Shown piece by piece: positions 28,187-36,647 of a DNA stretch of 64,000 nucleotides; within the stretch, counting starts at the first letter, position 1, and every line of letters starts with the position of its first letter. Location: positions 1,144-65,143 of the forward strand of contig JABJKS010000106.1 in assembly GCA_018660265.1 (NCBI GenBank), in the 5' to 3' direction. Under the pieces are notes generated by a model. That model was not told where the DNA came from and did no database searches. It worked only from the letters and a program-made list of their open reading frames with translations. The position numbers were made by a program, and so were the translations under genes. Source of the stretch: Rhodospirillaceae bacterium. Lineage in GTDB: Bacteria > Pseudomonadota > Alphaproteobacteria > GCA-2731375.

Positions 28187-30024
28187 GTCAGGTCCTCAGC
28201 GATTTGTTTTGATATAGGGATCGGGTGATCCAGCAATATTTGGGCATAACCTTTCGCCAGGGCGTCGTTGCGCAGGCTGGCAACACCGCCGCCGCCCAGG
28301 ACGTTGTGCAAAAAGAAATTAATGGCGTTGGGGCCGGGTAGGTAAAAGCGCTCTACCCCTCCTTCGAGGAAATGGCTGAAGCGATCGGCAACCGCGTCTT
28401 CATTCAGCGCCGCCCAGATATACGGCATGTATTCCGCCTTGCGGGCAATAATGCCTACATTGGCGTTGTTGCCTTTATCGCCACTACGGCCCCAGGCCAG
28501 CTCAATCAGCGGCACCGTCACCATTTCATCGCCGCTGGACGGCGCAGATGGTATTTCAGGGCGCTTCATATCTGCGGGGCCTGTTGTGGCGTCGGTGCCG
28601 GCATCAAACGAAGTCCGCCGGTCGCCAAAATCGATCTCGATGCCCAGGTCATCCTTTGGGATCAGAAAGGAAAACAGCCGGACCACGGGAGACGGCTTCG
28701 CCCTGGTGCCAAAGAAGCCTGATAGCCCAGGGGGAGATGACAAACCCATGCCGGCAGCTTCCTTCAGCAGAATGCCAATGCCGGCCTTATCCGGGTGCCA
28801 GGCGGCATATTTCACCACGACTTCCCGGGTATCATCGGCCCGTCCATGGCTGCCGAACTGGCTATCTGCGCCCAGAATTTCGATGCTGGTGTCAGTGAAG
28901 TCGCCCAGGTTCGATGCCCGCAGGACCGTGCGGGCCCGTTTAAATGTGGCCTCGGCAAAGGCCTGGCCCTTTCGCCGGGCATCGACACCATAGAAGGTCA
29001 TGTAGGACCCGGCCCGCCAGCCGTCGCTAAATGTGGCGCTGACTTTATAGCTGTCGGTGGCCGGGTACCCCTTGGCTCCACTAACATTCACCCGATCACT
29101 GGATACTTGGTTGATGGCTACGCCGGAAAAATCACAGACCACATCCGGCACGATATAGGCTTGCGGATCGCCGATTTCATAGATCATCTGTTCCGAGACT
29201 GTGCCGACATTGACGATGCCCCCTGTTCCAGGCGGTTTCGTGATATCAAAGCTGCCGTCGGGGTGAACCTCGCAAATGGGATAGCCGATGGTATCGATGG
29301 TCTCCACAGCCAGATGCCAGTCGGTAAAGTTCCCGCCCGTGGCCTGGGGACCACATTCCAGTAAATGTCCCGCCAATGTCCCGCCCGACAAATAATCCAC
29401 ATCGTTCGGACCCCAGCCAAATTCATGGATGCAAGCGCCCAACGTGACGGCACTGTCGACGGAGCGCCCGGTGATGACGATGTCCGCACCCTCGGCCAAA
29501 GCCTTGGCGATGGGAAATGCGCCTAGGTAGGCGTTGATGCTGACCAGATTTTCAGGATCGGGAAAGGCCTCACCGGAAAACATCTCCTTGGCGGTGACAC
29601 TGTCTTTTTGATCGATCAGGTCGTCTCCCAGAACGACCGCGACTTTTAAATCCAGGCCCTGTTCCGCGATCAGGGCGCGGGCGGCCTCTCCGCATGCGGT
29701 CGGGTTAACGCCACCTGCGTTGGAGATGACTTTCACATTCTGCCGGGCGATCTCACCCAGGTTCTGTTTTAGGACCACCGAAATGAAATCACGGGCGTAG
29801 CCCATTTTCGGATCCTGGGCCCGGGCCCGTGCCATGATCGACATGGTGACTTCCGCCAGATAGTCATAGACCAGATAGTCCAGGTCGCCGGCCAGATCGC
29901 CGGCCAGGTCGCCGGATTTCAACAATTGCGGCGTGGCCATGGCGCTATCGCCCCAATAACCGCTGGCACCGCCAATTCTGATGTTTGTTTTGCTCACGTT
30001 ACGGCTCTTTTCGAATTCATACAT
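28183..30024 (-). CDS. atuA: AtuA family protein (DUF1446, acyclic terpene utilisation-like)
   Basis: A 613 aa protein whose length and sequence character fit the DUF1446/AtuA family. It overlaps the downstream hydratase gene by 4 nt. Confidence 0.65.
   Translation of the reverse strand: MYEFEKSRNVSKTNIRIGGASGYWGDSAMATPQLLKSGDLAGDLAGDLDYLVYDYLAEVTMSIMARARAQDPKMGYARDFISVVLKQNLGEIARQNVKVISNAGGVNPTACGEAARALIAEQGLDLKVAVVLGDDLIDQKDSVTAKEMFSGEAFPDPENLVSINAYLGAFPIAKALAEGADIVITGRSVDSAVTLGACIHEFGWGPNDVDYLSGGTLAGHLLECGPQATGGNFTDWHLAVETIDTIGYPICEVHPDGSFDITKPPGTGGIVNVGTVSEQMIYEIGDPQAYIVPDVVCDFSGVAINQVSSDRVNVSGAKGYPATDSYKVSATFSDGWRAGSYMTFYGVDARRKGQAFAEATFKRARTVLRASNLGDFTDTSIEILGADSQFGSHGRADDTREVVVKYAAWHPDKAGIGILLKEAAGMGLSSPPGLSGFFGTRAKPSPVVRLFSFLIPKDDLGIEIDFGDRRTSFDAGTDATTGPADMKRPEIPSAPSSGDEMVTVPLIELAWGRSGDKGNNANVGIIARKAEYMPYIWAALNEDAVADRFSHFLEGGVERFYLPGPNAINFFLHNVLGGGGVASLRNDALAKGYAQILLDHPIPISKQIAEDLT
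29880..29915 (-). repeat. 3 x 12-bp in-frame tandem repeat (ccagRtcgccgg) encoding (DLAG)3 near the AtuA N-terminus
   Basis: Visible as ccaggtcgccgg ccagatcgccgg ccaggtcgccgg. Confidence 0.7.
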
Positions 30025-30117
30025 TTCATCACAACATGCAGTATATTTGCCATATCTGAAACAACTTGATTTTGCTATCGTCGATCACAGCATTCAACAA
30101 GATGATAGGAACATTCA

Positions 30118-30552
30118 ATGGCAGACTATATTCCCCCTACCCTGGACTGGGTGCGTGAACAGGTTGAAATTTACGAAGGTTCCGGCGGTAAGGAAGGAAC
30201 CACATTGCGGGACACCGGTCTTCCTTGCATCATTGTTACGCATGAAGGCAACAAGACGGGCGGTACGCGGAAAATTCCTTTGATGCGGGTTGAGGTGGAT
30301 GGTGCCTATGTGCTCGTCGGCTCCTATGGCGGGCGTCCTGCCAACCCTGTTTGGGTCTATAACATTCGGGCCAACCCGGACGTGGAAATCCGCGATAAGA
30401 CCGTGGTCACCAAGATGCGCGTTCGCGAGGTTGAGGATGATCCCGAACGGGCCCGCCTGTGGGCCGCCAGTGCGGAGGCTTTTCCGCCCTATCTCGAATA
30501 TCAGGAAAAAACCTCGCGCAAGATCCCGGTGTTTATTGCCGAACCGATCTAA
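30118..30552 (+). CDS. Ddn-like nitroreductase-family deazaflavin(F420H2)-dependent oxidoreductase (PNPOx-like split beta-barrel)
   Basis: A 144 aa protein with strong similarity of motif order to mycobacterial Ddn: TGGTRKIPLMRVEVDGAYVLVGSYGGRPANPVWVYNIRANP ... FPPYLEYQEKTSRKIPVF. Confidence 0.65.
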   Translation: MADYIPPTLDWVREQVEIYEGSGGKEGTTLRDTGLPCIIVTHEGNKTGGTRKIPLMRVEVDGAYVLVGSYGGRPANPVWVYNIRANPDVEIRDKTVVTKMRVREVEDDPERARLWAASAEAFPPYLEYQEKTSRKIPVFIAEPI

Positions 30553-30561
30553 CCCTACCAA

Positions 30562-31209
30562 CTACTTCCAGGGCGGCGATTGGCCCCAGCGGTCCCATGA
30601 CGTCGTCTCGGAAGTGGGCAAGCGGGAGGTCGGCCCAAAGTTACCTCGTGGGTAGCCAAGGGGGATGCAGCAGTGAAAGGCCATGTCTTCGGGCACACCG
30701 AACATGGCGTTGACCCGCTCCATCACCTCCGGGTGCAGGGTCGTCAACACGGTGCCCAGGCCCAGGGCGCGGGCGGATAACAACAGGTTCTGCACGCCTG
30801 GAAAGGTGGATGAGGCGGCAACGCCCGATGCCGCGGAATAGACCAGGATGACTGTCGGTGCGTTGACCATTTCATCCGCCAGCAAGGCGGGCAGGTGGTA
30901 GACGGAACCCTCGGGAATATCCGCCTTGGAGCTCCAGCCATAGGCATCCCGTCGTTTGGCCCACCATGCCTCGAAATAAAGCTTGCCGAATTCGGCAATT
31001 GCGGCGCGGTCGCGCACGACCAGATAGCGTGCCGGTTGGGCATTGCCGCCGTTTGGTGCTTTTGAGGCGGCGTTCAAAATAATCTCTATCTGCGCATCCG
31101 TGACCTCTCGGTCCGGATCCAGCCGGCGAATGGCGCGTTGCGAGAACATCGCCTCGCCAATAGGCATCGTCAGTTCTGCGGGCGGGTCGAGGCGGACCAT
31201 ATCCATCAT
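30562..31209 (-). CDS. Nitroreductase family (FMN-dependent) protein
   Basis: A 215 aa protein with the classical nitroreductase fold pattern (R..R.., SxxNxQP-like, GYP). Confidence 0.65.
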   Translation of the reverse strand: MMDMVRLDPPAELTMPIGEAMFSQRAIRRLDPDREVTDAQIEIILNAASKAPNGGNAQPARYLVVRDRAAIAEFGKLYFEAWWAKRRDAYGWSSKADIPEGSVYHLPALLADEMVNAPTVILVYSAASGVAASSTFPGVQNLLLSARALGLGTVLTTLHPEVMERVNAMFGVPEDMAFHCCIPLGYPRGNFGPTSRLPTSETTSWDRWGQSPPWK

Positions 31210-31354
31210 GATATTCCTTAAGTTTGAAGCTTATAATTACCGCCATCATACGTAGATTATCCTGGCGGCCAAAGCGAAACTGAACTCACGACGCGGCGCT
31301 GGAAAGATATTGCGATGCCTTGTCGCGCGCCGGGTTGCCGGCATAACCGTTAGC

Positions 31355-32971
31355 CTAATCCAACCCATCAGGCGTTATGAAGCCTTCGGCTAGATCAGCG
31401 TTAATCGCTGTTTGCGCGCGGTCTTTCGGATCGCCGAAACCACCCCCCCCCGCTTCAATCAGGGTGATACGGTCACCCGGCGCTAATTCATAGTGGCCTT
31501 TCGGGTCCACAGTGACATCGTTGACCCGGTGTTCCCTGGCCTGGCCGGGGGCACCGCCCATAAGGCCCAGGGGTGGAAACTCCGTCCGATTGGCCATACA
31601 AAAGACGGTCATCAGATGGCCGCTATCATTGCGGATCACCACCTCTTGGCCCAAACCGCCACGAAATTCCCCGGCCCCGCCTGAATTGGGCAGCAATGCC
31701 TTATGCTCGATGCTGGTGGAGGTCAGGGTCTCCCATACTTCAACCGGGACCACAGCCATATTGGACGGCCCGGGTGTCGTCTCCGCCCCGTCCATGCCGG
31801 CCAAGGCACCGAAACCACCGGAGGCGAAATAGATCGTTGAGACGTCATGGCCGTCCCGGTGTTTGCCCTGAAAGGTCATCAAATCCATCATGCCGCAATC
31901 GGCCTGAATGCTGTCGGGAACAGCCGCTGCCAAGGCACCAAAAACCAGGGGCGAGACGAAATGGCCGATCATATGGCGCGCACCGGTGGCTGAAGGGGGC
32001 TGGGCATCCAGCAGGCAACCGGTTGGTGCGGTGACGGTGATGGGCACCACAGAGCCGCCATTGTTGGGCAATTCGGGCACGGTCAGACACTTCATGGAAT
32101 ACAGCACCATGGCGCGGGTATAACAAAACGGTACGTTGATGCCCCGGCGCACGCAGGGATCGGTGCCGGTGAAATCGACACTCATGGTATCGCCGGTGAT
32201 CTCTATTGAACAAGCCAGGGTCAACGGGCCATCCACGCCCTCTATCTGAATTTCGTTCTGATAGATGCCATCGGCCATATCGGCGATGCGCAGGCGGGTC
32301 GCCGCCTCGGACCGGCCGCGAATTTCACCGGACAGGTCCGCAAAATCCGGCAGATCGAATTCATTGAGAAAATCCGTCAACATGGTCTCGCCGGCCTTGG
32401 TCGCGGTGACATTGGCCATCAGATCACCGATAACTTGATCAGGTGCCCGCACATTGGTCCGCATCAATTCGATGATGAAATCGTTCTGCAGGCCGGCGTC
32501 GAACAATTTGCAAACCGGCAGGCGCAGACCTTCGTGATAGATCTCCCGCGCTGCCGCGCCAAAACCCAAACCACCAATGTCGGGTAAATGGGTGATGGAA
32601 ATGACGTAGGCAACGATAGTGCCGGCAAAGAATATTGGCCGCATGACATTGATATCGAACGTATGCCCGGTGCCCAACCAGGGATCGTTGGTGATCACCA
32701 CATCGCCGGGCTGCAGGCTGTCGGCGGGATAGACATCCAGCATATGCTGCAGGGTTGCAGGCGCGGTGCCCATGAAAACCGGTACGCTGTAGGTGCCCTG
32801 GGCCATCAATTGACCTTGCGCATCCAGCAGGGCGACGGTCAGATCATAACTTTCGCTTACGATGGTGGAGAATGATGTGCGTACCAACGTCGATACAATT
32901 TCGTCGGAGACCGCAACCAGCCGATCCCACATGATGCCGACGCTGACGGCGTCCAAGGTTTTGGCGGTCAT
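31355..32971 (-). CDS. hyuB: Hydantoinase B/oxoprolinase family subunit (HyuB-like), second copy
   Basis: A 538 aa protein with Hydantoinase_B conserved blocks. It overlaps the upstream hyuA by 4 nt. Confidence 0.85.
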   Translation of the reverse strand: MTAKTLDAVSVGIMWDRLVAVSDEIVSTLVRTSFSTIVSESYDLTVALLDAQGQLMAQGTYSVPVFMGTAPATLQHMLDVYPADSLQPGDVVITNDPWLGTGHTFDINVMRPIFFAGTIVAYVISITHLPDIGGLGFGAAAREIYHEGLRLPVCKLFDAGLQNDFIIELMRTNVRAPDQVIGDLMANVTATKAGETMLTDFLNEFDLPDFADLSGEIRGRSEAATRLRIADMADGIYQNEIQIEGVDGPLTLACSIEITGDTMSVDFTGTDPCVRRGINVPFCYTRAMVLYSMKCLTVPELPNNGGSVVPITVTAPTGCLLDAQPPSATGARHMIGHFVSPLVFGALAAAVPDSIQADCGMMDLMTFQGKHRDGHDVSTIYFASGGFGALAGMDGAETTPGPSNMAVVPVEVWETLTSTSIEHKALLPNSGGAGEFRGGLGQEVVIRNDSGHLMTVFCMANRTEFPPLGLMGGAPGQAREHRVNDVTVDPKGHYELAPGDRITLIEAGGGGFGDPKDRAQTAINADLAEGFITPDGLD

Positions 32972-35037
32972 GATCCTGCCTCCAACTCCGCGATCAGATT
33001 GCCGAACTCATCCACTTCGACCTTATCACCAGGGCCAATTACAACGGTGGATTCCCGTTCTTCGATCAAGGCAGGCCCATCTATGACCGCGCCCATGGCC
33101 AAGCTATAGCGGTCATAGACCAGCGTCGTCATATAATCTTCACCAAAATAGGCCTGACGGCTCCCCTTGGGCCTCGCCGTGCCTTGTGCATCAGGTGCTG
33201 CTGTCGTCAACTCCGGGGCGGTTGCCGTGGCTTCCACCTTCCAGGTCGTAATGACCAAAGGTGCATCCAGTAATGCCGCGCCGTGTACAGTGGCGTAATG
33301 ATCCCGGAAGATATCCGGTAATGCCCCAATATCCGAACCTGTGGGCAGGGTAACCTCTATCTCGTGGCCCTGGCCGTGATAACGCATGTCCAGCCGTTGG
33401 ATGACCGACAAATCCGTGCCGGCGCTCTGCAATGGTGCCTTTGCCTCAATTTCCAGGTCCGCCAGGGTGGCCGCGAAATCCTCGGCGCTTAGGTCCGCGA
33501 CAAAGGCCTGTTTGGTGCGCGCAACTTCAAACGTCAAGGGGCTGGCCAGCAATCCCAGGGCGGACATGACACCGGCGGCGACGGGGAATATCACCCGTGG
33601 AATGCCCAGTTTGCGGGCCACGCCCATGGCATGCACCGGGCCGGAACCGCCAAACGCCACCATGGAGCTGCCGCGATAGTCAAAACCGCGTTCCGAGGCG
33701 TGAATGCGAAAGGCCCGCGCCACATCTTCATCAACAATTTCGTGAATCCCCCAAGCCGCCCGCGCCAGGGATAGCTTCAGCGGCCCCGCGATTTGCGTTT
33801 TGATCACCTGTTCGGCGGCGGCCACATCCAATGCCATGGCACCGCCGAGAAAGAAATTCGGGTCCAGATAACCCAGCACCACATTGGCATCGGTCAACGT
33901 AGCGGCCTGACCGCCCTGGCCATAGCAGGCGGGCCCTGGATCGGCGCCTGCACTATGCGGCCCGACACGAATTGTGCCGCGTACATCGACCGCGGCGATA
34001 GAGCCACCGCCTGCACCGATCTCGATCATATCAATGACCGGGCTTTTCACGGGCAGACCGCTGCCGGCCTTAAAATCGTGCACCCGGGCGACTTCCTGGA
34101 AATAGACCTTGATGGCTTCGCCGCCACGTATCAGGGCGCCCTTGGCGGTGGTGCCCCCCATATCGAACGACAGCAATTCCGGGCGCTTTAGGGCCCGGCC
34201 ATGAAAGGCAGACATTTGCGCGCCTGCCGCCGGGCCGGATTCAATAACCCGGGCCGGAAACTTTCGTGCCGTTTCAGGTGTCAACGTGCCGCCGCTGGAA
34301 GACATCACGAACAACTGCCCGGCAAATCCCAGATCATTCAGACCGCTTTCCAAGCGTCGTAGATATTGATCGAACATGGGCTGGGTAAAGGCATTGATGC
34401 ATGTGGTGGTGAACCGTTCATATTCACGCCATTCCGGGCAGACCTCCGATGACAGGGATATGTTCAGGTCAGGAAAAGTCGCCGCCGCCATGTCTCCCAG
34501 GGCCCGCTCGTGATCAGGATTGGCATAGCCATGGAGGAGACATATGGCCAGCGACGTGATGCCCTCGCGGCGCACAAGGTCCGCCAACGTCGCCCGCGCT
34601 GCGTCCAGATCCAGGGTTTGTTCGATGGTGCCGTCATAATGCACCCGTTCCGCGACCTCAACCCGGCGGCGGCGCGGCACCAGGGGTTCGGGGAAAACCA
34701 GACGCAGATCGAACACGTCGTATCGTTTCTCCTGGCGCATATCCAGGATGTCGCGAAAGCCTGCCGTGGTCAGCATACCGGTGACAGCGCCCTTACGCTC
34801 GATCACCGCATTGGTTACCAGGGTGGTGCCATGGACGATTTCGACCACGGGGGATAAATCAAGGCCCTGTTGGCCCAGCAACGCCATCGTACCTTCCAGC
34901 ACGGCGCGGGCGGGGTCATCGGGTGTGGTGAGCTGTTTATGGATGGCAAAACTGCCGCCTGCCTCGTCATAGAGGGCGAAATCAGTGAACGTACCGCCGA
35001 TATCGATGCCCAGTCGGTAGGTGGAGCGGGCGGCCAT
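32968..35037 (-). CDS. hyuA: Hydantoinase/oxoprolinase family A subunit (HyuA-like), second copy
   Basis: The N-terminus is LGIDIGGTFTDFALYDEAGG. 689 aa. Confidence 0.85.
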   Translation of the reverse strand: MAARSTYRLGIDIGGTFTDFALYDEAGGSFAIHKQLTTPDDPARAVLEGTMALLGQQGLDLSPVVEIVHGTTLVTNAVIERKGAVTGMLTTAGFRDILDMRQEKRYDVFDLRLVFPEPLVPRRRRVEVAERVHYDGTIEQTLDLDAARATLADLVRREGITSLAICLLHGYANPDHERALGDMAAATFPDLNISLSSEVCPEWREYERFTTTCINAFTQPMFDQYLRRLESGLNDLGFAGQLFVMSSSGGTLTPETARKFPARVIESGPAAGAQMSAFHGRALKRPELLSFDMGGTTAKGALIRGGEAIKVYFQEVARVHDFKAGSGLPVKSPVIDMIEIGAGGGSIAAVDVRGTIRVGPHSAGADPGPACYGQGGQAATLTDANVVLGYLDPNFFLGGAMALDVAAAEQVIKTQIAGPLKLSLARAAWGIHEIVDEDVARAFRIHASERGFDYRGSSMVAFGGSGPVHAMGVARKLGIPRVIFPVAAGVMSALGLLASPLTFEVARTKQAFVADLSAEDFAATLADLEIEAKAPLQSAGTDLSVIQRLDMRYHGQGHEIEVTLPTGSDIGALPDIFRDHYATVHGAALLDAPLVITTWKVEATATAPELTTAAPDAQGTARPKGSRQAYFGEDYMTTLVYDRYSLAMGAVIDGPALIEERESTVVIGPGDKVEVDEFGNLIAELEAGS

Positions 35038-36632
35038 CAGCGATTGTCCGGCAATACGTCGATGGCATCGCCAACGCCGCGCTCTCGCAATTCATGGCGG
35101 GCGATTTCATTCTTGGTCATGGTACGGGGAAAATCTGCGACGAACTCCATATAACGGGGGACCTTGAAAAAGGCGATGCGATCCTGACACCATTCCACCA
35201 GCTCCATTGGTTCCGGCGTCGCCTCGTCCTCCGACAGCTGGATGTAGGCTTTGATGTCTTCTTCGCCAATGTCCGATGGCACGCCGACGACGGCGCAGTC
35301 GATCACGGCAGGGTGGGCCGTCATTGCCTTTTCCACTTCGAAGGCGGAGACGTTTTCGCCCCGACGGCGGATCCAGTGGGCCTCCCGTCCAACGAAATAG
35401 AGAAAGCCATCGTCGTCCAGATAACCCAGATCACCACTGTGGTACCAAAGGTTCTTCCAGGCCGCCAAAGTCTCGGTCGGTTTGTTGATATACTCGATCA
35501 TGTAAGTGTTGGGTACTTTGGGGCGCAGGAGGATCTGCCCGGTGGTGTTCGCCGGCACCGGGTTGTCGTCCGCATCCACGATCATCACCTCTGTCCAGCC
35601 GTGGGGCCGGCCACAGGAACCAAGACGGCGATCAAAGGTCCGCTCGCTACAGATCAGCACGCCCATCTCGGTCATGGAATAGACTTCCATCATGGGTGTG
35701 CCGAAACGTTCCTCAAACTCATCGCGCAGATCCCGGCGCACCTGGCCGGCGGCAATGCCAACGCCGATGCGAACTTTATGGTTCTTATCCTGATCGGATG
35801 CAGGGGCCCGCAACAACACCGCCATCATGGTGCCCAAGGGATCGATGACCGTGACGCCATATTTGCGGATAATCTTCCAGTAGTTGGAGGCCGAGAACCA
35901 TTTTTCCATGATCCCGGTCATGCCGAGATAAAGGGGGGAGGTGATGGCGAATTGCTGACCGCCAATATGGAAGAAATGTGAATTCGCAAAATGCACATCG
36001 TCCTCCGTCGCCTCGGCAATATCGCCATAGCGGATCGCGGCGGCGATATAATACAGATGCGACACCAAAACACCCTTGGGCATGGACGTGCTGCCGCCCG
36101 TATAGACGATGCACATAGGGTCGGCGGCGGCGACGTCGGCATCAGGCAGGGTTTCATCATCGCCCATCAGATCGCTAAAGGGCAGGGTGCCGGGACCGGG
36201 AACGGCGGCCACATCGCCCAGGACCAGGACCTCCGGATCGCCGGTCAGGTCCGGTTTGGCGGCGTTATAGGCAGGGGCCAGTTCTTCATCCACCACCAAC
36301 AGCTTTGCGCCGGTGTCGTTCAGGCTGTAACACATATCATCCTTGACCAGGCTGACATTCAGGGAGGCGTAGATCGCGCCGATCTTTGCACAGCCGAACC
36401 AGATCAAGGCCTGTTCAAGGGAATTGTACATCAGGGTGGCGACCACATCGCCCTTGCCGATACCGTGGGCCAGCAGGCGATTGGCGACCTTGTTTGACAG
36501 ACGGTCGGCGTCTGCGTATGTCAGCGTTTCATCACGGCAGATCAGATAGGGTTTGTCGCCATAGCTGGCGCGCATGACGATCAGGTCGCGCAAGGTTGTT
36601 GCGTGGGGTGTGCGGCCAAGGATATCGATCAT
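35037..36632 (-). CDS. AMP-dependent synthetase/ligase (acyl-CoA synthetase family)
   Basis: Contains the AMP-binding box IVYTGGSTSMPKGV and a C-terminal lysine. 531 aa. Confidence 0.8.
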   Translation of the reverse strand: MIDILGRTPHATTLRDLIVMRASYGDKPYLICRDETLTYADADRLSNKVANRLLAHGIGKGDVVATLMYNSLEQALIWFGCAKIGAIYASLNVSLVKDDMCYSLNDTGAKLLVVDEELAPAYNAAKPDLTGDPEVLVLGDVAAVPGPGTLPFSDLMGDDETLPDADVAAADPMCIVYTGGSTSMPKGVLVSHLYYIAAAIRYGDIAEATEDDVHFANSHFFHIGGQQFAITSPLYLGMTGIMEKWFSASNYWKIIRKYGVTVIDPLGTMMAVLLRAPASDQDKNHKVRIGVGIAAGQVRRDLRDEFEERFGTPMMEVYSMTEMGVLICSERTFDRRLGSCGRPHGWTEVMIVDADDNPVPANTTGQILLRPKVPNTYMIEYINKPTETLAAWKNLWYHSGDLGYLDDDGFLYFVGREAHWIRRRGENVSAFEVEKAMTAHPAVIDCAVVGVPSDIGEEDIKAYIQLSEDEATPEPMELVEWCQDRIAFFKVPRYMEFVADFPRTMTKNEIARHELRERGVGDAIDVLPDNR

Positions 36633-36647
36633 GGTTGTGCCTCTGCT

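Noticed and set aside
35094-36497. Plus-strand ORFs of 295 aa and 168 aa
   Set aside because: Antisense to the second AMP-ligase gene.
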